Made by a program: the position numbers and the translations under genes. From positions 30,008,001-30,072,000 of the forward strand of contig CM059445.1 of assembly GCA_030390025.1 (NCBI GenBank): a stretch of 64,000 bases of DNA, in the 5' to 3' direction. Each line of letters starts with the position of its first letter. The stretch's first letter is position 1. The notes beneath the pieces were generated by a model. It saw only the letters and a list, made by a program, of their open reading frames with translations, did not search any database and had not been told where the DNA came from. Below are positions 1 through 12,615 of the stretch, one piece after another. Source of the DNA: Squalus acanthias (Eukaryota).

Positions 1-634
1 AGGACTCTCTCACTTCCCCCACAGACGCTTCCCCACTCCCTGTAAAAGCTTTCCCTCCCCCACCCATGGCTCCCTTTTCCCAGAGATGCCTCTACTCTCT
101 CCACCACCGCCCCCCACGACCACCTCCCCTCATCGAAAGCTGCCACCCACAGCCCCATCCACTCCTGTGATTGCACTGCACATCAGAATTTAATTTATGT
201 TCTTTTGTTAATTTCTGTTTGTTAAATTAAACAGTGAAGTGGTACAGAGGGATTTCTCTTTTTTGTTAAGAACAAGGTTCTCTTCAGGTTTCGATGTTCT
301 TTTCCCGGGGTTGTTTTATTTATAGATTAATCAAATCCTGATGGCAGACACCTCTGCTCCTCCACAGCTGGCACAGAATCACGGAGTGGTTCGAGGGCAG
401 CGCCAGGTCACATGACATCAGAGGAAGCATTGAATTGCCCTCGGAACTAAATACTCCCACTGGCAAAGATCTCTCAGACAAGTTCAGCTTCAGTATTTAA
501 TACTTATCATATGTTACACAGAAAGGATCCCCAGTAGGAAGCAGTGCTATACTCAGCACATTCCAGTTAAAATGGTCTTTGGCATGAGATTCCTACACTG
601 TACTACAATAAATACTGCAACTAACATTGTAACC

Positions 635-912
635 CTTACCCTGCTAAATAAACAGCAACTCCATATAGTTATACAGTGAGTAATCCTTACCCTGCTGAAT
701 AAACAGCAACTCCATATAGTTACACAGTTAGTACTCCTTATCCTGCTGAATAAACAGTGACTCGTATCGTTACACAGTGAGTAATCCTTACCCTGCTGAA
801 TAAACAGTGACTCGTATCGTTACACAGTGAGTAATCCTTACCCTGCTGAATAAACAGTGACTTGTATCATTACACAGTGAGTAATCCTTACCCTGCTGAA
901 TAAACCGTAACT
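635..912. repeat. Minisatellite, 50-51 bp unit, about 5.5 copies
   Basis: Unit CTTACCCTGCTGAATAAACAGTGACTCGTATCGTTACACAGTGAGTAATC repeated in tandem. Confidence 0.9.
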
Positions 913-1563
913 CTGGAACAATATGTTCTTCAACCAAGAAGAGAACAGACCATCTTAGATGTGGTAATGAGTAATGCGCCTGAATCAGTCAATTATCTAA
1001 TGGTGAGGGAACACTAAGCTAACAGTGACCATAACATGATGGAATTCAATATTAGGTTTGAGAGGGGGAAGGTTTTAAATTCAAGTAAGGCCGACTGTGG
1101 AGGAATGAGGCAGGAATTGACCACAATAGACTGGGCAGAACTATTAATAGATAAAAATACAGACAAACAGTAAGAGGTGTTCAAAGAAGTATTTGGTAGA
1201 ATACCAGACCTGTACATACCCCTAAAGGGCAAGAGCTCTACGTTTGTAATTAAACAACCTTGGTCAACAAGAGAGGTGAGAGATAGAATAAAACTAAAAG
1301 AAAGGGCTTATACAAAGGCCAAGAACAGTAAAGATCCCGCGGACTGAGAGAGACATAAAGAACAGCGAAGGGATACAGAGAAAGTGGTAAGAGCTGTAAA
1401 AGGAAATACGAGAAAAAACTTGTGAGTGATACAAATATATTAAGAGAAAGAGGATGGCTAAGAGTAATATGGGGTCCTTAATGACAGACGAATGTGATAC
1501 TGTAATTGAAAATCAGGAAATGTCAGACTTGCTAAATACTTACTTTGTATCGATCTTCACAGT
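912..1563 (+). mobile_element. CR1 LINE ORF2 fragment (end of endonuclease domain), degenerate
   Basis: Translates as LEQYVLQP..ILDVVMSN...EHLANSDHNMMEFNI, the CR1 APE C-terminal SDH motif. Stops follow downstream. Confidence 0.75.
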
Positions 1564-1569
1564 AAGAAT

Positions 1570-1910
1570 TAGGAGCTGTGGAGCACTTTGAGACATCCTG
1601 AGGTTGTGAAAGGCGCTATAGAAATGCAAGAACTTTCTTTCCAGTTGGAGTGACCAAGCCATGGAACTAATCGAGGAGGAGCAGGGGAGTTTTCCTCAGT
1701 GCCCTGGCCGATGTTTAACCCTCAACCAACACCTGAAACAAATTATCTAGTCATTAATTTCATTGCTGTTTGTGGGAGCTTGCTGTGCGCAAATTGGCGG
1801 CTACGTTTCCGACATTACAACAGTGACGACACTTCAAAAGTACTTCATTGGCTGTAAAGCGTTTTGGGATGTCTTGCGAATTATCCGAGAGAAATGCAAG
1901 TCTTTCTTTT
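1570..1910 (+). mobile_element. SacSINE1/DeuSINE-like SINE fragments
   Basis: Shares CCCTCAACCAACA...TGCTGTTTGTGGGAGCTTGCTGTGCGCAAATTGGC...ACTTCAAAAGTACTTCATTGGCTG with the full copy at 19090-19546. Confidence 0.75.
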
Positions 1911-2204
1911 GGGGTGACTGGCTGATTTTTCTTTCCCTAGCCTGATGCCAATTGGAGCTCTCTTGCCGCTGTCTCTGGTGAGGTAAGCCAAGGCAGGATT
2001 GGCCAAGGGACTGACCCCGGGACCTGTGCAGCTCTGTCGGACACTAGCCAAGGTGTCAGTGGAGCTAGGGGATGGATCCCTAATGGAGGACATTCCAGAA
2101 ACACAGCTCGTCAACAGTCTGTACTTTGTGAGTGGAATCACTTAACAAGCTAGGCATCCAACTTACTGGGGAAATTCTGTGATTTATGCAATTACAAATT
2201 ATTT

Positions 2205-3085
2205 ACAGCAGAGAAACAGGCCATTCGGCCCAACAGGTCCATGCTGGTGTTTCTGCTCCACACGAGCCTCCTCCCAGCCCTCTTCATCTAACCCCAGCAA
2301 CATATCCTTCTATTCCTTTCTCCCTCATGTACATATCTAGCTCCTCCTGAAATGCATCTCTGCTATTCGCCTCAACCACTCCCTGTGGTAGTGAGTTCCA
2401 CATTGTAACCACTCTCTGGGTAAAGAAGTTTCTCCTGAATTCCCGTTTGGATTTGTTAGTGACTGTCTAATATTTATGGCCCCTAGTTCTGGTCTCCCCC
2501 ACAAGTGGAAACATCTTCTCTACGTCTTCCCGATCGAACCCCTTCATAATCTTAAAGACCTCTATCAGGTCACCTCTCAGCCTTCTCTTTTCTAGAGTAA
2601 AGAGCCCCAGCCTGTTCAATCTTTCCTGATAGTTAAAACCTCTCAGTTCTGGTATCGTTCTAGTAAATCTTGTTTGCACCTTCTCCAGTGCCTCTATATC
2701 CTTTTTATAATATGGAGACCAGAACTGTTCACAGTACTCCAAGTGTGGTCTAACCAAATTTATACGCAAGTTTAATATCACTTCTCTGCTTTTCAATTCT
2801 ATTTCTGTTTGCTACTTTTAGTGACCTGTGAATCTGTACCCCCAGATCCCTCTGTTCCTCTACCTCATTTAGACACTGATTTTCCAAGCAGTATGTGGCC
2901 TCCTTATTCTTCCTACCAAAATGTATTACCTCGCACTTATCTACTGTATATTGAAGTTCATTTGCTAATTGCTTGCCCATTCTGCAAGTTTGTTAATGTT
3001 TTCCTGTATATTGTGGCAGTCCTCCTCTGTATTAACTACACCCGCCAATTTGGTGTCATCTGTAAATTTTGAAATTGTACTTCTG
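2205..3085 (-). mobile_element. CR1 LINE 3' fragment
   Basis: ORFs 2467-2980 carry [26 protein letters not shown] and [13 protein letters not shown], the CR1 RT C-terminus. Confidence 0.9.
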
Positions 3086-3227
3086 TAATGATATATTATT
3101 GATTATAAAAGGAATATAAATTTTTGTTGTGTTTTAGGTTTTCAGTCATATTTCTAATCCTAATGAAATAAATGTTTGGTATTTGATGGAGCGAGATAGC
3201 AGAGTGAAAAGTGTACAGTCACCAGAT

Positions 3228-3440
3228 CATAGAATGATACAGCACAGAAGGAGGCCATTCAGCCCATCATGCCTGTGCCGGCTCTTTGAAAGAACAATCC
3301 AATTCGTCCCACTCCTCTGCTCTTTCCCCACAGCCCTGCAAATATTTCCTTTTCAAGTATATATCCAATTCCCTTTCAGAGTGCATTCCAGATCACAAAA
3401 ACTCACTGCGTAAAAAACATTCTCCTCATCTGCCCTCTGA
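3228..3440 (-). mobile_element. CR1 3' UTR fragment
   Basis: ATCATAGAATGATACAGCACAGAAGGAGGCCATTCAGCCC matches the tails at 22815 and 61375. Confidence 0.75.
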
Positions 3441-4772
3441 TGTCACGTGTATAATGAGATCTGGAGACATTGTCCAAGGTCGGTGGGACACCACAAGGCG
3501 GACCCCTGACTGCGTTCCAGAATATTCTAGGGAAACCAACAGGAATATTCCCCCCCCCAAAAAAATATCAGAATATTTGAACAAAACATTTTAATATTAC
3601 AAAGCACATTTAATTTTGCTTGCAAGATCCTGTGACAAAGGTGAGTCATTTTTGTCTAAGATTTGAAAGAATAATTTTGCATTGATAGAGCCCTTTCTTG
3701 TGCTCAGGATGTCCCAAAGCGCTTCACAGCCAACGGAGTGCTGTTTGAAGTGTAGTCACTGTTGTAATGTCGGGAAACACGGCAACCAAAATAGAACACA
3801 GCTATTTCTGTGTGTGTTCGCCAGGCAGGCTAGAAATTTATCTGGATATCTCCGCAAATGGAAACATTGTCTGGAACAAAGGGTGCCAGGACTCACCGAT
3901 GTGAGTAATCTGTTACAGGGAAGCTAAAAATATCTCGATTGAAAAAAAAAGCAAAGTGCAACCTCAAAATGTAATCAATCCCGTCGAACAGATTGCTATC
4001 ATTCAGAGAGTTGGTTACCAATCTCTCCAAACACATAACAAGCTGCCTCTGTTTGGAGTGCGTATTGATCCTTGCGTTCATTAGATTGATAGGCTGTGCA
4101 TTAACAAGCTTTCTCTAAAGTCTGTTTCATTACTTCATAAAATTATCTTCATAATAACAGCTTGAAATGAGTTAATTCTGTTCTCGGAATGTGGGCAATA
4201 CTGACATGGTAGCATTTGTGGTCAACCCTAGTTGGCCCGAGGGCATTAAGAGACAAGCACAAACAAGACAGACCGTCCATGAAGGACGCCAGTGAACTAG
4301 TCAGGATTTTACAACAATCTAGCAGCTTCCAAGGTCATTTTCTGGTACTCGGTCTCTTCAGTTCAAGTTCTATGAATTACCCTGGTGGGATTATCAACTT
4401 ATGACCTGCAGCTTGCTAGTCCAACGTCATAACCACGAGGCCACCATTCCCAATTTATACAGCCCCTCTCTCATAAAGAAATGCCTCAAAGTGCTTCCTA
4501 ACTGAGCATAAGGAACATTAATATTCTCATTGACGAGCAGAGCAATTTGAAGTTTTTTTTTTTACTGTGTAAGACATCACAACTGTTTGATGTGTTATAA
4601 CATTTTTCTTTCTCGCTCTCTCTTTCTCCCTCTTCCCGCCCACCCCCCTCCCTCCCTTCCCCACCCTTGCTGGGCTTAACACTTTTGTCCTACAGCTTCA
4701 TGAGTGTTGCCAGGGCCCGTGTGTCAGCGTTGCTGCATCCAAGTAACTTCCGCTGGACTCGGGGGAGGGGAG

Positions 4773-5308
4773 CAATGTTCCCTCTCATTTTGTTTCCGGG
4801 CTGCGCTGTATCTTTGGAGCCTATACTCTTGGGAGTTTAGAAGAATAAGAAGTGATCTCATTGAAACGTACAAGATTCTGAAGGGGATTGACAGGGTAGA
4901 TGCTGTCTAGACCTAGGGGACATTGTCTCAGGATAAGGGGGTGGGTCATTTAAGACTGAGATGAGGAGGAATTTCTTCACTCAGAGGGTTGTGAATCTTT
5001 GGAATTCTCTGCCCCAGAGGACTGTGAATGCTGAGTCTTTGAGTAGGTTCAAGGCTGAGATACACAGATTTTTGGACTCTAGGGGAATCAAGGGATATGG
5101 AGACCGGGCGGGATAGTGGAGTTGAGGTTGATGATCAGCCATGATCTTATTGAATGGCAGAGCAGGCTCGAGGGGCCGTATGACCGACTCCTGCTCTTAC
5201 TTCTTATGTTCCTATGTTCTTTTCCAGAGGAACAGCTGGTGAGCAACCTGCGCGGGACCTCCCGATTAATGTGCGGCCGCCCGCCCGCGCACGTTAGGGG
5301 GGACGTTG
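4773..5308. mobile_element. hAT-type MITE with a nested CR1 3' fragment (about 4812-5220, + strand)
   Basis: TIRs CAATGTTCCCTCT and GGGGGGACGTTG. Perfect 8-bp TSD GAGGGGAG at 4765-4772 and 5309-5316. The insert encodes [19 protein letters not shown] and ends in a CTTATGTT-type CR1 tail. Confidence 0.8.
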
Positions 5309-5794
5309 GAGGGGAGTGACGTGGTGTTGGGTCTTTGCTGCACTGGGGGAGGGGAATTCTGAGAGTATATAAACTGCTGGATGTGTCTACCTATTATTGT
5401 AAAATTCTTGTAAACAAACTCAGTAGCACATCATCAAAATGTGTTATATTTGATAAATAAAGATAGCTTCAGCTATAATACTAATTATTTCTTAAACTGT
5501 TTCAAGTTCTTGATGCTGCACTCAGACATTCCATCCTCAACTATTAACCATCCCAGCTGCTATTTTATGTCAAAGTCTCACTCCTGTCAGGGGAATTAAG
5601 ATATAAACAGATGAATGATCTAAATCCAATTGCTTCTTAATCGCAGATAAGCACAAATTCTTGAACCTTTGCTCCACTTCAGAACGATAAGCATTTTGTA
5701 AAGTACAAATGAAATATTAATTTCATTTAGTCAAAATAAAGGCCTTGGCAGTGCACAGCTCCAAGTAATGCTAACAGACGTTAAAAAATATAGA

Positions 5795-6165
5795 ACAACA
5801 ACATGCATTTATACAGCGCCTTTAACGTAGAAAAAGGTCCCCAGGTGCTCCACAGAGATTTAATCAGACAAAAATGGACACTGAGTCAAAGAAGGAGAGG
5901 TGACCAAGAGCTTGGTCTAAGAAGTAGGTTTTAAAGAGGGTCTTAAAGGAGGAGAGAGAAGTGGAGAGATGGAGAGGTTCAGGGAGGGAATTCCAGAGGT
6001 CAGGGCCTAGACAGCTGAAGGCACGGCCACTAATGGTGAGGTGAAGGAAATCGGGGATGCGCAAGAGGCCAGAGTTGGAGGAACGCAGAGATCCCACGGG
6101 GTTGTAGAGATGGAGGAGGCTATGGAGATAGGGAGGGGCGAGGTCATGGAGGGATTTCAAATGTA
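5795..6165 (-). mobile_element. L2-clade LINE 3' fragment
   Basis: ORF 5864-6178 reads LAPPYL...LRSS...GRAFS..GP.LWNSLP...SFKTLFKT, the L2 C-terminus. The tail is (TTG)n-like. Confidence 0.8.
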
Positions 6166-6296
6166 TTTTTGTTTCCATTTGTCTTATTTCTCCACAGCCT
6201 ACTGGCTACTATGCGGAGATGCCGGCGTTGGACTGGGGTGGACAAAAATGAGAAGTCACACAACACCAGGTTATAGTCCAACAGATTTATTTAAAA

Positions 6297-6336
6297 TTAC
6301 AAGCTTTCAGAGCTATCCTGCCCCTTCTTCAGATAA
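6297..6336 (-). ncRNA. Minimal hammerhead ribozyme motif (mirror copy)
   Basis: Reverse complement reads ttat-CTGAAGA-aggggc aggata gctct-GAAA-gctt-gtaa. Confidence 0.75.
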
Positions 6337-7646
6337 AGTTACACTGAGTGAATCTACAAAAGTTCACAATATAAACACAGATACTACAGAGATACAATCT
6401 TTCCTTACATCAAAGACACACCAAGAGCACAGCCAAGACAATGAGATGTGTCCCAGGGGGTCCAACGTGTCAAATCCTGCTGTCTGTAGCCGATCTCTCT
6501 CCATATCCCTTCCTCTCTCTCCGTCTTTTTTGGGGTTTGTATTTTGGGTTTGTTTTTTTGTGTTTGTTTTTTAAAAACTGGAAAGACAGACAACGATGTC
6601 AAGTCACGTTCTGTAGCGTGACATGAACCCGATATCCCTATTGAGGCCGTCCTCATGAGTGCGGAACTTGTCTATCAGTTTCTGCTCGATGATTTTGCGT
6701 TGTCGTGTGTCTCGAAGGCCGCCTTGGAGAACGCTAACCCGCAGATCCGAGGCTGAATGCCCTTGACTGCTGAAGTGTTCCCCGACTGGGAGGCAACTAT
6801 CCTGCCTGGCGATTGTTGCGTGGTGTCCGTTCATACGTTGTCTCAGTGTCTGCATGGTCTCGCCGATGTACCATGCTCTGGGGCATCCTTTCCTGCAACG
6901 TCCGCAGCAAATTACCCAGCTGTCAGGAGAACAGCGACCACCACACCACACAACCCTGCCACGGCAACCTCTGCAAGACATGCCAGATCATGAACACAGA
7001 TACCGTCATCACACGTGAGGACACTACCCACCAGGTACATGGTACATACTCATGTGACTCGGCCAACGTTGTCTACCTCATACGTTGCAGGAAAGGATGC
7101 CCCAGAGCATGGTACATCGGCGAGACCATGCAGACACTGAGACAACGTATGAACGGACACCGCGCAACAATCGCCAGGCAGGATAGTTGCCTCCCAGTCG
7201 GGGAACACTTCAGCAGTCAAGGGCATTCAGCCTCGGATCTGCGGGTTAGTGTTCTCCAAGGCGGCCTTCGAGACACACGACAACGCAAAATCATCGAGCA
7301 GAAACTGATAGCCAAGTTCCGCACTCATGAGGACGGCCTCAATAGGGATATCGGGTTCATGTCACGCTACAGAACGTGACTTGACATCGTTGTCTGTCTT
7401 TCCAGTTTTTAAAAAACAAACACAAAAAAACAAACCCAAAATACAAACCCCAAAAAAGACGGAGAGAGAGGAAGGGATATGGAGAGAGATCGGCTACAGA
7501 CAGCAGGATTTGACACATTGGACCCCCTGGGACACATCTCATTGTCTTGGCTGTGCTCTTGGTGTGTCTTTGATGTAAGGAAAGATTGTATCTCTGTAGT
7601 ATCTGTGTTTATATTGTGAACTTTTGTAAATTCACTCAGTGTAACT

Positions 7647-7686
7647 TTACCTGAAGAAGGGGCAGGATAGCTCCGAAAGCTTGTAA
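7647..7686 (+). ncRNA. Minimal type I hammerhead ribozyme motif in a PLE pLTR
   Basis: ttac-CTGAAGA-aggggc aggata gctcc-GAAA-gctt-gtaa. Conserved core, stem II, palindromic AGCU stem III and stem I ttac/gtaa are all present. Confidence 0.8.
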
Positions 7687-8191
7687 TTTTAAATAAATCT
7701 GTTGGACTATAACCTGGTGTTGTGCGACTTCTCATTACTGGCTACTAGGTTTACGAGTGTTCTACAATGATGGAGGCAGAGGGAGGGGAAGAGGCAAAGG
7801 GGTTTAGGGAGGGAATTCTAGAGTGAGGGGCCAAGGCAGCTGAATAGTGGGGCAAAGGGAAGAGATGCACAAAAGGCTTGAATCAGAGGAACAGAGAGTT
7901 TGGCAAGGGGGCGGGGGAGGGAGGGGGCGGCGTTGGGGGTAGGGTGGAGGATACAGAGATATGGAGAGTCAAGACAAGACAGAACTTGCAATGACATAGC
8001 ATCTTATCACATCTGTCAGCACTTCACAAAGCACTTGACGTACAATGAATTATTTCCGTGGGCAGTCATCATTCCTATGCAGGCGACTGCAGCAGCCATT
8101 TTGTGAACAGCAAGAGCCCACAAATGACAATGCTCCCTTGATCTGACTCAGAGGCAAAAATGCTACCAACTGAGCCAGACTGACACCAACT

Positions 8192-9004
8192 GGGGAATTT
8201 TAACCTAAAAATACGGGTGAGTTTGGAGCTTGGGGGCAGTTAGATCATTAAAAATGGGATTCCCGACCTGATCCCACCTCCAACCAGCACACTTCCGATT
8301 TTATCGGGGGCGGGATGGGGGTGGGCAGCCAACCCGCTCCCAGGAGGGGCGGGACATCAATTTAAATATTATAATGAGGCTGGAAGTCGCTTCTTTGGCC
8401 TCCATTTTGTTTTTAGCTGCATGTGGATGGTTTTCACACAATTCGTAAATCACGGAAGTTACAGCAAGGCGGGGACTGCTGGATCCAGGAGATAAGTGGG
8501 CTTTATGCCTACCTCCTGGATCCAGGGTCCCTGCCTAACCACGTCCCCTCCCACCACGATCGGCGACCCCCTCATGAGGCCTCCGATCGCCTTCCCGGGC
8601 CCCGCCCCCCTCCCCCACCGATGATGCAGAGGCCGACCAAGATCCTCCGGTCGCTGGCCACGATCTTCTGTTCACCACCCTGATCATCCGGCCCCAATCC
8701 TCTCTTTGCCGCTACCCACCCCCCCAACCCCCGATCCCTGGCCGACCACCGCCCCCCCCCCCACCCAATCTTATTAATGGCCCGGCCCAATCCCTCCCTC
8801 CCTCCCTCCTCTGTGCGGCCTAGTGCCGCAGTCCTACCCGCCCGCAGCCAGACAGCCTCTCAATCTGATTGGCTGCGGGCGGGAAACCGAGGCCGCGCAT
8901 TCAAATCAGGCCCTGCCGTTAAAGTCAGCAGAGCCGGCGGGAAACCTGGCCTCGGAGCCCCCCCACCCCCGCCCCCAACTTGCCTCCTCATTAAAATCCA
9001 GCCC
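8192..9004. mobile_element. Non-autonomous Harbinger-like element (MITE)
   Basis: Ends GGGGAATTTTAA and TTAAAATCCAGCCC. The interior is GC/CpG-rich and has GGCGGG subterminal repeats like those in the other Harbinger elements here. Confidence 0.55.
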
Positions 9005-9210
9005 CCAAAGCAACATAGAAAAGCTTCCACTATTTGTTACGTACAGTTATTTAAATAAGATCAAGGTGACATTTACAGGTAAAACCTTTTGAATTAACCT
9101 TTAACAATTTGAAATAAGGTTCCGCAGACTATTATTACAACAAACTAAACCTTCCCGTTTAATTGACAAATGGGCCTGTGGACAATCTTCCCCTTTGGCT
9201 CTCAGTCTAA

Positions 9211-11810
9211 GGGCTGGATTTGCCGAGTGGAGGCGGGTTGGTGGCGGGACTGGTAGTCGGCAGGTTCCGGTCCCGCTCCCGGCACTAGCCGGTCTGCTGA
9301 CACAATTTTCTGTTAATTGGGCGAGTTAAGCCCGCTGGCCATGCGCGTTACCCACCCTGATCACAAGGTGCGGGTCTGCTGAGCTGCTCTGCTGAAGTGT
9401 TTGCAGCCGGTGTACTTAAGGGGGCCATTTCACAATTAGATCTCACGTCGTTACTGATGCTCCTGAGTGCTGGTGCACGCCACGATGTCTGCATAGAGAC
9501 AAAAGGCAGCTCCCCACTTCAACAATGATCATGTTCTTGTGGAGGGAGTCAGAGGACGTTGGGAGGTCCTATACCCAGGTGATGGAAGGAGGAAACCTCC
9601 TCAGCAGACAAAGGCAGCCTGGCTGCGAATCGCTGAGGAGGCCAATGCCAGGTCCATGGTCAGACGTACCTGGGTCCAATGCAGGAAAAGGTTCAATGAT
9701 CTCCTGCGCTCTGGAAAAGTGAGTATAAAAGCGCACTGACCTTAATTCTGCTGTGCCTGTCATCACATCCCCATCACTCTGCATTGCCAACCCTACTCCT
9801 GCACATCCTAACTCACCCCAACACCCCTTGCACCATCACCCATCCCTCTCTCCCTATGTACAGAATCACCTTCCCATCTTACTATGCACCCCTCACACTC
9901 ACCCTCAAGGTTATGCAATCACAACAACTAACAACTCAAAAGGAGGGAACTTGGTAATGGGAACTCACTCCATCATAGTCTCCCTCTAAACATCTATCCT
10001 ATCCATTCTTTACACTCATTCCATCACTCTCACTGAAACTCCACTTCTTTCCCTCATTGCAGGAAAAGAGAGGCTACAATAAGAGGGAGAGGGAGAAAAC
10101 AGGAGGAGGACGACCATCCTTATCACAGCTGACCCACGCTGAGGAGGCCGCTCTCGACATTGCGGGATCAGTGGAACAGCTCGAATTGGGGGATGGAGAG
10201 AGGGGCTCAGTAGAACAACCTGTTGACAGAATGCTTCTCCATTCATCTTATTTGGCTTTCATGAGTGACACATATGGGATCTGATGTCAGTAGAAATTGA
10301 ATGCTCATCATGTGTACAATGGGATGTGTCTGCAATCTACATATCACATGTCTAACTAATGTCTTTACTCTCCCACAGGGCCATCAAGAGCCCCCCTCCC
10401 TACTGTCCAGGAGGAAGAGCAGGAGGACTCCTCAGAGGATGCTGCATCCTCTGAGGGAGCAGTGTCAGTAGAAATGAGCGCACCCAGCACCAGTGCAGAG
10501 ACGCACACCTCGGTGGGCTGATTGTGAGATAGAGTAGTGTTGTCACCTGGTGTAGCAGAAGTCACAAGTGAGCAGGAGCAGATGGTGGAGACAGGGACAG
10601 CAGTGGGGAGTCCTTGTCGGAGGTCGCAGGACACTCCTAGCTCTGCTCAGCTGCATGTAGACGCTGAGCCTCTGGGGCCATCCAGAAAGAGAGCGGTGCT
10701 GGAGCTTCAGGAACAAGTGCAGGAGGCTCTGCCTGGGTTTGCAACCACGGTGACTGCGAGTGTGCAGAGAATGGAGGAGTCCATCTCAAACATGAGCAAT
10801 ACCGTGGCGCACGCACTGGCGAATATAGGTACTCTCCAGCTACTTGCTAGCAGAGAAGTGCGGGTGTCCCATGAGAGGGATGATGGTGGGAGGTGGACAT
10901 GCAAGTGGGGGCTCCTCTCCAAGCGCTCAAACTTCCATCCCCTTGCCAACCCCTCGGTCAGAGCCCGAGATGACTCCCCGAGCAGCGTTGGCCGAGTCTG
11001 TCCCTGTGCAGCCGCAGGAGGAGCAGACTTTGGTGGGGCCTTCACAGGCTCCAAAACCCAGAGGACAACCGTCAAAGGCGTCTAAGCAGGCGCAGCAGGG
11101 AAGTGAGCAGGCTGCCTCTACATCTTCTGAAGCCACAGGGGTAGCACCACGTAGAAGCATGCGTAAGAGAAAGCTGCCACATAAATAATCACAAGGGTAC
11201 TCACTTGGGTGCTAGAAATCAATGTTAAGTTTCTGTTCTTTTATTCTGTTGGAATAAATTAATGTTCTGTGAATGTCTGACATCGTTGCCATATGTGTGC
11301 TCACAATTTGAGGTGGCACAGTGAAGGGTGAGGGCACCTTTTATGTCCAGCAATGGAGGTGACAGTGGATATAGAGTTAACACCACACACTTACAGCCTC
11401 AAGATAGAATGTGTCTCCCAAATCCTGAAATCAGCAACCTCTAACATTTGAAAGTGAACAGATGTGAGAGTGCAGCTTTTAGACTGCAGCTGTGAACTAT
11501 CCAGCTCGTTGGTTCTCCCGACATACTGACCTGGCGTGATCTCCGAATGTCGTGAAACCCGTTAAAAATGTGGGAAAATAGGAAAAGGCTGTCAAAATAG
11601 CAGTTAACAAGCATTTAACAAGGAGTTAAGTGTCTTAAATCCCTCACCCGCCGCTTGGTGTCAGTCTGTTGTGAAATGGCAGACCTGACACTTTGGAAAC
11701 TCACATGGAGGCGGGATCGCGGCAAGTTTCCAACCCGCCGTCAATCATCTTAAATTTAACAGTTGACCTGCCTCCACATCCGCCCTCTGAGCCCCACGAA
11801 AATCGCAACC
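9211..11810 (+). mobile_element. Harbinger-derived element retaining only a degenerate three-exon Myb/SANT-like gene (about 9485-11188)
   Basis: TIRs GGGCTGGATTT and AAATCGCAACC with TAA TSD at 9208-9210 and 11811-11813. Translation reads W..IAEEANA..MVRRTWVQCRKRFNDL, donor at 9719, then acceptor 10062 EKRGYNKREREKTGGG. It contains stops and frameshifts, and no transposase is visible. Confidence 0.8.
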
Positions 11811-12615
11811 TAAGAGTTATGGCAGTTTATACTTCAATACTTAGGAATACACAGAGTATTTTGCAGATTGGCCAGGGCTGTATTGACCTATGAGGATACT
11901 GCAAAAATTCTCACTGGGTTTACTAACTGACAAACTTTCTTTCTTGCTTGGGGCTGAAGGGCTGCCATTGAATAGGCTCTTGGGCCTTTGGTCAGGACAC
12001 ACTGCATTCCTTTGCACTGATGCTGCCCAACAATCCACAACATGGACTGGGTTTGGGAAACTAATCAGGTCTGTGCTGCCATGTGTCCACTTGTTGGAAC
12101 CATAGAAACGAACACTCAGGTTATACCTGGGCAACCGAGCCACTGCTCGTCAGTCAACATCCACTCACTGCGTACTTCCTGATGGTACAGAAATCTATTG
12201 CCACTTGGAAGTTGTAATCGCAGCTTGGTTTTAGGATGTTAAAATATCTGCAGCCCTTCCAAAACACCTTATTCGTGGCTCGAGAGGCAGGATTATAGTA
12301 AACTTTGCCAAATAAAGTAACAACAATTCCGGAGGGAGGGTTGTCCAGTGTGCAGGGCCCGGTTGAAAATGACTTCCGTACATTGGTCACTCACATCTCA
12401 CTTTAGAATTCTGAGAGTCTTTTACATGACATATAAGTGATGGACGTTTGGGTATACCTGAAATGCTGGAATGTAGAGGATACCAGCAGTAATGAAAGGA
12501 ATGATATATTGGGTATAGATGCAGTGATTGAATGTAGGGCACTGCTACAGTTATGCAATGTAAGGTAGACCTGCTGTGATGGTTTATTAGGTATACCTGT
12601 GTTGATTGAATGTAA

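Larger units (their letters stand above)
6212..7735. mobile_element. Penelope-like element (family A), 5'-truncated fold-back insertion with GIY-YIG endonuclease
   Basis: ORF 6813-7379 reads PCHGNLCKTCQ...NVVYLIRC...WYIGET..LRQRMNGH, a GIY-YIG domain with Cys-rich linker (Neptune-like). Inverted arms are 6247-6901 and 7082-7736. TSD TACTGGCTACTA at 6200-6211 and 7736-7747. Confidence 0.92.

Noticed and set aside
635-912. Regularly spaced repeats resembling a CRISPR array
   Set aside because: The whole 50-bp unit repeats, with no unique spacers and no cas genes. The context is eukaryotic, so this is a minisatellite.
12154-12390. 78-aa ORF and several ETS-like GGAA motifs
   Set aside because: No recognisable protein similarity or splice context, and motif density is not clearly above chance.
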